Under the pieces are notes generated by a model. It searched no databases, was not told where the DNA came from, and saw nothing but the letters and a program-made list of their open reading frames with translations. A DNA stretch of 41,817 nucleotides, taken from an uncultured Collinsella sp. (GTDB lineage Bacteria; Actinomycetota; Coriobacteriia; Coriobacteriales; Coriobacteriaceae). The stretch is taken from the NCBI GenBank assembly GCA_900545905.1, contig URBA01000001.1:1-41817 (forward strand), given 5' to 3'. Of the stretch, positions 36,441-41,817 are shown piece after piece. Position numbers and translations under genes: made by a program. Each line of letters starts with the position of its first letter. Positions within the stretch are counted from its first letter, which is position 1.

Positions 36441-36492
36441 TTGACTATTCGTACGACAGCTACTAAGGCTCCCCGTACCGAAAGGAAGAACC

Positions 36493-36990
36493 ATGGCTAA
36501 AGATTCCAGCTTCGACGTTGTGTCCGAGGTCAATATGCAGGAGGTCGATAACGCTTTCCAGCAGACCACTCGCGAGATCTCTCAGCGCTATGACCTCAAG
36601 GACTCCGGCGCCTCCATCGAGCTTTCGAAGGGCGACAAGCTCTTTACGATCAATGCCCCGGCCGATTTCGTCTCCAAGCAGATCGTCGACGTGCTGAGCT
36701 CTAAGCTCATCAAGCGCGGCATCGACCTCAAGGCTGTCTCCTGGGACGCGCCGCAGGCGGCTTCGGGCGGTACCGTGCGCGTGCTCGGCCATATCGTCGA
36801 AGGCATCGACCAAGCGACCGCCAAGAAGATTAATAAGGACATCAAGGATCAAAAGCTCAAGGTCAAGGTGACCATCGAGGCCGATAAGCTGCGCGTTATC
36901 TCGGCCTCTAAGGACGCGCTTCAGACGGTGATCCAGTTCCTGCGCGACCAGGACTACGGTCAGCCGCTGCAGTTTACCAACTACCGCTAA
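36493..36990 (+). CDS. yajQ: YajQ family nucleotide/c-di-GMP-binding protein
   Basis: SSFDVVSEVNMQEVDNA...RYDLK...LQFTNYR. Confidence 0.95.
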   Translation: MAKDSSFDVVSEVNMQEVDNAFQQTTREISQRYDLKDSGASIELSKGDKLFTINAPADFVSKQIVDVLSSKLIKRGIDLKAVSWDAPQAASGGTVRVLGHIVEGIDQATAKKINKDIKDQKLKVKVTIEADKLRVISASKDALQTVIQFLRDQDYGQPLQFTNYR

Positions 36991-37016
36991 TTTACTCGAA
37001 AGGACCGTTCTCCAAT

Positions 37017-38366
37017 ATGGATACTCCGTTGGGTTCCGTACTCTACATCACGCTTGGCTGCGCTAAGAACGAGGTCGATACCGACCGCATGCGTTCGCTG
37101 CTGACCGCTGCGGGCTACGAGGAGGCATTCGATCCGCAGGATGCCGATATCGCTATCGTCAACACGTGCTCGTTTCTCGCCTCGGCGACGTCCGAGAGCA
37201 TCGAGACCACGCTCGAGCTCGCCAACGAGGTGCAGGACGGCGTTCGCGCCTGCCCCATCGTCATGTGCGGTTGCGTGCCGTCTCGTTACGGCGACGACCT
37301 GCCCGACGAGCTTCCTGAGGTCGCTGCCTTTGTGAAGGCCGATGAGGAAGACGGTATCGTCTCTGTCATCGATGGCGTACTGGGCGTGGAGCGCGAGATC
37401 GCGGCCTATATCCCGCAGGTCAAGCGTACCGTTGAGGGTGCCGTTGCCTACGTCAAGATCTCCGATGGCTGTAATCGTTTTTGCAGCTTCTGCATGATCC
37501 CCTACATTCGCGGTCGCTATCATTCGCGAAATGCCGAGAGCATTATCTCCGAGGTTCGCGACCTGGTTGCCGGCGGTGTGCGCGAGATCGTGCTGATCGG
37601 CCAGGACACGGGCATTTGGGGTACCGACTTTGCCGACGAGGACGTCGCCGAGGGCTCGCCGCGCAATCTGGCGCAGCTGCTGCGTGCCGTCGCCGAGGCC
37701 GTGCGTCCGCACAACGTCTGGATCCGCGTGCTCTATCTGCAGCCCGAGGGTATGACCGACGAGCTTATCGAGACGATTCGCGATACGCCTGAGGTGCTGC
37801 CCTATATCGATATCCCCGTGCAGCACTGCGACGCCCGCATCCTCAAGGCCATGCGTCGCTCCGGTTCGCGCCAGGAGCTCGAAGATTTGTTCCGCGACCT
37901 TCGCGAGCGCATCCCCGGCATCGTGATTCGCTCTACGGCCATGGTCGGATTCCCGACCGAGACCGACGACGAGTTCCGCGACCTTATTGACTTTATGGAC
38001 ACCGTCGGCTTTGACTACACGAGCGTCTTTGCCTACTCGCGTGAGGAGGGCAGCCTAGCCGCCAAGATGGAGGGCCAGGTCGATGAGGAGGTCAAGCTCG
38101 AGCGCGCCCAGGAGGCCATGGATCTGGCCGAGTCGCTTGGTTTTGCCGCCACGGCAGCCCATGTGGGTGAGCGCGCCCAGGTGATCGTCGATGGCATCGA
38201 GGAGACCGAGGACGGCGCCGAGCTGATCGGTCACGCCTGGTTCCAGGCGCCCGATTCCGATGGCGCGGTGCATCTGGATGCCAGCGAGGCGTCCGTGGGC
38301 GATATTCTGACCGTCGAGTTTACCGATAGCTTCTGCTATGAGCTTATCGGTCATGTTGTGGAGTAG
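37017..38366 (+). CDS. rimO: Ribosomal protein S12 methylthiotransferase RimO
   Basis: TLGCAKNEVD, NTCSFL, AYVKISDGCNRFCSFC, YIDIPVQH, QAPDSDG. Upstream of pgsA. Confidence 0.92.
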   Translation: MDTPLGSVLYITLGCAKNEVDTDRMRSLLTAAGYEEAFDPQDADIAIVNTCSFLASATSESIETTLELANEVQDGVRACPIVMCGCVPSRYGDDLPDELPEVAAFVKADEEDGIVSVIDGVLGVEREIAAYIPQVKRTVEGAVAYVKISDGCNRFCSFCMIPYIRGRYHSRNAESIISEVRDLVAGGVREIVLIGQDTGIWGTDFADEDVAEGSPRNLAQLLRAVAEAVRPHNVWIRVLYLQPEGMTDELIETIRDTPEVLPYIDIPVQHCDARILKAMRRSGSRQELEDLFRDLRERIPGIVIRSTAMVGFPTETDDEFRDLIDFMDTVGFDYTSVFAYSREEGSLAAKMEGQVDEEVKLERAQEAMDLAESLGFAATAAHVGERAQVIVDGIEETEDGAELIGHAWFQAPDSDGAVHLDASEASVGDILTVEFTDSFCYELIGHVVE

Positions 38367-38375
38367 GAGAGCGTT

Positions 38376-39014
38376 GTGGCAAACGAGAGCAATAAGGAAC
38401 TGACGAGTGTTTGGACGCCCGCCAACATCGTGACGTGCGTTCGCATCGTCTTTATCCCGGTGTTCATGATCGTCTCGGCCCTGTCTCAGGCGAGCGTTGC
38501 CGGTACGGACTGGAGCACCTTTGACGGCCCGCTCGCCGCCGCTGCCTTCATTTTGTATGTGATCCTGTCGTGCACCGATAAGGTCGACGGCTATCTGGCG
38601 CGCTCGCGCAACGAGATCACCGATTTCGGCAAGTTCTTGGACCCCATCGCCGACAAGCTGCTGGTGTTCTCGGCCCTGCTGCTGTTCTTGGATTTTGGCG
38701 CGGTGACCGTGTGGTCCGTGTTCATCATCTTGTTCCGCGAGCTGCTGGTGAGTGCCCTTCGCATGGTCGCGAGCGCTGCCGGCGTGGTCGTTGCCGCCGA
38801 TAAGCTCGGCAAGTATAAGACGGCGACCACGATGGTCTCCATCTGCGGCTATCTGTGCGTCTTTGCGATGGCCGGTCTCCAGCTGGGGTCGGTGTCGCTG
38901 CTGCTCGGTGTCTATTCGGTGTCGCGCTTCCTGTACGTCATCGCCGTGATTTTGACCATTGTCTCGGGCGCCCAGTACTTCTGGAACTGTCGCAAGATCG
39001 TCTTTTCGGTCTAG
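38376..39014 (+). CDS. pgsA: CDP-diacylglycerol--glycerol-3-phosphate 3-phosphatidyltransferase
   Basis: TDKVDGYLARSRNEITDFGKFLDPIADK, RELLVSALR, GKYKT. Confidence 0.95.
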   Translation: MANESNKELTSVWTPANIVTCVRIVFIPVFMIVSALSQASVAGTDWSTFDGPLAAAAFILYVILSCTDKVDGYLARSRNEITDFGKFLDPIADKLLVFSALLLFLDFGAVTVWSVFIILFRELLVSALRMVASAAGVVVAADKLGKYKTATTMVSICGYLCVFAMAGLQLGSVSLLLGVYSVSRFLYVIAVILTIVSGAQYFWNCRKIVFSV

Positions 39015-39020
39015 GTCCTG

Positions 39021-39557
39021 GTGGGTATGACGGAGTCTTATTTGCTAATCGCCGCAAACAACGAGGAACTGGCGCGCGATATTGTCGAGCGCGCGAGTGC
39101 CCGTGGTGTGACGGTCTCGACGGCGGAGTCGCTGACGGCGGGTATGATTGCCTCGACGATTGCCGATATCCCGGGTGCCTCGGCGGTGCTTCGTGGTGGC
39201 GCGGTGACCTACTGCGATGAGATCAAACATCGCGTGCTCGGCGTTAAACAGGAAACGCTCGATCGGTTTAGCGCCGTGTCGCACCAGACGGCTCGCGAGA
39301 TGGCCGCAGGCTCGCTGGAGCTTTATCAGAGCGATATAGCCGTAAGCGCAACGGGCTACGCTGGGCCCGGTGGTGGCACCGAGCAAGACCCCGCCGGTAC
39401 GTTCTATATTGGGTGGGCGTATCGCGCGGCCGATGGGGGAGCGCCGGTTGTCGAGTCTGCGCGCTGTCATTACGAGGGCGATCGGTCGTGCGTTCGTGCT
39501 CATGCGGTCGCGGAGGCTTTGGAGCGCATTGTTCGCGTGCTCAATTCTATGGAATAG
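39021..39557 (+). CDS. cinA: CinA C-terminal domain protein (NMN deamidase PncC-like)
   Basis: TAESLTAG, PGASAV, AVSHQTAREMA, TGYAGPGGG. Stand-alone C-terminal domain; start may be ATG 39027. Confidence 0.9.
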   Translation: MGMTESYLLIAANNEELARDIVERASARGVTVSTAESLTAGMIASTIADIPGASAVLRGGAVTYCDEIKHRVLGVKQETLDRFSAVSHQTAREMAAGSLELYQSDIAVSATGYAGPGGGTEQDPAGTFYIGWAYRAADGGAPVVESARCHYEGDRSCVRAHAVAEALERIVRVLNSME

Positions 39558-39564
39558 ACATGGT

Positions 39565-39588
39565 TTAAGGGGCCTTAGGGCCCCTTAA
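39565..39588. terminator. Hairpin/terminator after cinA
   Basis: TTAAGGGGCC-TTAG-GGCCCCTTAA, perfect 10-bp stem but weak U-tract. Confidence 0.6.
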
Positions 39589-39686
39589 TTGTGGAGATAG
39601 GGACCTTTGACGGAATTGGTGTTTGCGCTGGTATAAGGCCTAAATTTATTCGTGCACCTCTATTTGTGATTGGCGTGGTCAAGCGT

Positions 39687-39716
39687 TTGGTCGGTGATTG
39701 GTCGGCGTTTGGTCGG
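39687..39716 (+). repeat. Three phased direct repeats TTGGTCGG (11-bp period) upstream of recA
   Basis: TTGGTCGG at 39687, 39698 and 39709; partial copies TGGTC at 39676 and 39726. Confidence 0.75.
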
Positions 39717-39755
39717 GTTTTGGAATGGTCGGGTACATATGATGAATCTGAACGG

Positions 39756-39784
39756 TTGACCACGAACAGCCGTTCGTTTATTAT
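39756..39784 (+). promoter_or_regulatory. recA promoter with LexA (SOS/Cheo) box in the spacer
   Basis: TTGACC-N17-TATTAT. The spacer contains CGAACAGCCGTTCG (39763-39776), matching the Gram-positive GAAC-N4-GTTC box. Confidence 0.88.
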
Positions 39785-39814
39785 CGTTTCAGGTTGTTAA
39801 GAGGAGGGCTATTC

Positions 39815-40963
39815 ATGGCCAAGAATTCAGGTCCCGTACGTACCGTTCATGCACGCACGACGGGTAAAGAGCGCGATGAGATGATCGCCACCACCAAGGC
39901 CGAGATTGAGAAGAAGTTCGGCCAGGGCTCTATTATGAGGTATGGCGACGGCGGTCCCGAGCTCGAGGTCGAGGCTATTCCGACGGGCTCTCTGGCGCTC
40001 GATGCCGCCTTGGGTATCGGCGGCGTGCCGCGCGGCCGTATCGTCGAGATTTATGGCCCCGAGTCCTCCGGTAAGACAACGCTTTCACTCGAGATCCTTG
40101 CAGAGGCGCAGGCCATGGGCGGCGTTGTTGCATTTATCGATGCCGAGCACGCGCTAGATCCCACCTATGCCGCGCGTATCGGTGTTGATATCGATGAGGT
40201 CCTCATTTCCCAGCCCGATACGGGCGAGCAGGCGCTCGAGATCGTCGATATGCTTGTGCGCTCCGGTGCCATCGACGCCATTGTTGTCGACTCTGTAGCC
40301 GCCTTGACTCCGCGTGCCGAGATCGAGGGCGAGATCGGTGACACGACGGTGGGTCTGCAGGCTCGCTTGATGAGCCAGGCGCTCCGCAAGCTCGCCGGCT
40401 CGCTTTCCAAGTCCAACACGACCTGCATCTTCATTAACCAGCTGCGCGAGAAAATCGGCGTCATGTTCGGCAACCCCGAGACCACCACGGGCGGCCGCGC
40501 ACTCAAGTTTTTCTCTTCCGTGCGAATCGATATTCGCAAAATCGATACCATCAAGCTCAAGGACGAGGTTATCGGTAATCGCGTGCGTGCCAAGGTCGTT
40601 AAGAACAAGGTGGCGGCTCCGTTCCGTTCGGCCGAGTTTGACATCATGTACGGCACCGGCATCTCTAAAGAGGGCTCGATTCTGGATATGGCCGTCGAGT
40701 GCGGCATCTGCAAAAAGATGGGGTCCTGGTTTGCCTATGGCGAGGATAAGCTCGGCAACGGTCGCGAGGCCGCCAAGACATTCCTGCGGGAGCATCCCGA
40801 TTGCGCCGACGAGATCGAGCACAAGGTTCGCCTTGCCTGCGGCCTTGAGTATGACGATGATGCCCCCTCCGAGGTTGAGTTGACCGACCAGCCCGCCCCC
40901 GAGGAGTTTGATGAGCTGTACGCCATCGATGGCTCCGCGATGCTCGACGATGACGATGAGTAG
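39815..40963 (+). CDS. recA: Recombinase RecA
   Basis: [53 protein letters not shown]. Acidic tail; no intein. Confidence 0.99.
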   Translation: MAKNSGPVRTVHARTTGKERDEMIATTKAEIEKKFGQGSIMRYGDGGPELEVEAIPTGSLALDAALGIGGVPRGRIVEIYGPESSGKTTLSLEILAEAQAMGGVVAFIDAEHALDPTYAARIGVDIDEVLISQPDTGEQALEIVDMLVRSGAIDAIVVDSVAALTPRAEIEGEIGDTTVGLQARLMSQALRKLAGSLSKSNTTCIFINQLREKIGVMFGNPETTTGGRALKFFSSVRIDIRKIDTIKLKDEVIGNRVRAKVVKNKVAAPFRSAEFDIMYGTGISKEGSILDMAVECGICKKMGSWFAYGEDKLGNGREAAKTFLREHPDCADEIEHKVRLACGLEYDDDAPSEVELTDQPAPEEFDELYAIDGSAMLDDDDE

Positions 40964-40974
40964 CGGATGCCGAC

Positions 40975-41667
40975 ATGTCGTATACGGTGACCGAGGCCAC
41001 GGTCGTCTTTCCCGATAAGAAGGCGGCTTCCTCGTTCTCGAGCGGTTATGCGTCTAAAAAGCCCTGCGCGCATATCGATTGCGATCTTGAGGGCGGTTTC
41101 GAACGTTCCATTTGGATTCCCGTGCGCGTGGCGCGCCTGTACGTTAAGAACCGCCCCGACCTTCCCTGTGATTGGGATGACTTTCGCGAGGCGGTGCAGC
41201 TTATCGAACGTAAATGTGCACTCACCATGGTGACCGAGATGCTTTCGCGCCGCGATCATGCCACGGGCGAGGTGCGCGATAAGTTGGCGCGCTATGGCTT
41301 TCGACAGCCTGCGATCGATTTTGCGGTTGCTCGAGCGACCGAGTATCGTTTTTTGGATGAGAACCGCTTTTGTTCGTACTTTATCGAAGAACGCAAACGT
41401 CGCGGCTGGGGACAGCGCAAGATCGAGGTTGAACTCAAGCGCCGTCATGTCGTACTTGACGATATCCCCGGGTATCCCGAGGCTTATTTTGCCGTGGATG
41501 ATGACTTGGCCCGCGCTTCGGCTTTGCTCGCTAAACGTCGCGTTCCCGAAGTACGTGCATTCGAAAAGCTCGTCAGATTTTTGATGGGTAAAGGCTTCTC
41601 GTATCACATCGCCGCCGATGCCGTTAAGGCGCGCCTCGATGCCTCAAGCGAGGAATGCGCCGTGTAA
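40975..41667 (+). CDS. recX: Regulatory protein RecX
   Basis: LSRRDHATGEVRDKL, FLDENRF, WGQRKIEVELKRR, KLVRFLMGKGF. Follows recA. Confidence 0.88.
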   Translation: MSYTVTEATVVFPDKKAASSFSSGYASKKPCAHIDCDLEGGFERSIWIPVRVARLYVKNRPDLPCDWDDFREAVQLIERKCALTMVTEMLSRRDHATGEVRDKLARYGFRQPAIDFAVARATEYRFLDENRFCSYFIEERKRRGWGQRKIEVELKRRHVVLDDIPGYPEAYFAVDDDLARASALLAKRRVPEVRAFEKLVRFLMGKGFSYHIAADAVKARLDASSEECAV

Positions 41668-41729
41668 GCGTTCACCCGTTACGCCCCTGCCGTTCACCGC
41701 TTGATTGGCGCCGTGCCGGGTGCGTTTAT

Positions 41730-41758
41730 TTGACAGTTGTTGCGGTTCAACGTAGGAT
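41730..41758 (+). promoter_or_regulatory. Sigma70 promoter for the next gene beyond the window
   Basis: TTGACA-N17-TAGGAT. Confidence 0.7.
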
Positions 41759-41817
41759 AATCACTGTCATTTGCTTTGTGATATGTGCTCATCTGTGATG
41801 AGTTTGTTTATATGTTT

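Noticed and set aside
39591..39800. 69-aa ORF upstream of recA
   Set aside because: It overlaps the recA promoter, SOS box and repeats, with no recognisable motif or strong RBS.

Overview
High-GC chromosomal window, most likely from Coriobacteriia (Collinsella-like). That assignment is inferred from mIHF, the gene order and codon usage, not from a search. Most of it is core genome: the 5' part of adhE (minus strand, missed by the ORF track), rpmB, the pyrR-B-C-K-D-F operon with a full PyrR attenuator, mihF-gmk-rpoZ-thiI, comEA-comEC-holA-rpsT, lepA-dus-hemW-dnaJ-like-dnaJ-mtaB-phoH-ybeY-dgkA-era-recO, rpsO-pnp, rnj-ftsK-rodZ-yajQ-rimO-pgsA-cinA and recA-recX with a LexA box. Two accessory structures stand out. 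(1) A REP-associated-type HUH/Y1 tyrosine transposase with a C-terminal HTH, bracketed by 49-bp structured inverted repeats (1066-2102). (2) Two oppositely oriented ~145-bp palindromic elements between pnp and rnj (29900-30312). They share a conserved, covarying ~68-nt core but carry different 36-40 bp self-complementary arms, and one arm runs into the pnp terminator. Also notable are a probably membrane-anchored DnaJ paralogue where hrcA usually sits and an 11-bp-phased TTGGTCGG motif upstream of both recA and comEA. No rRNA, tRNA or CRISPR array was seen. Start codons were refined by hand from RBS positions.
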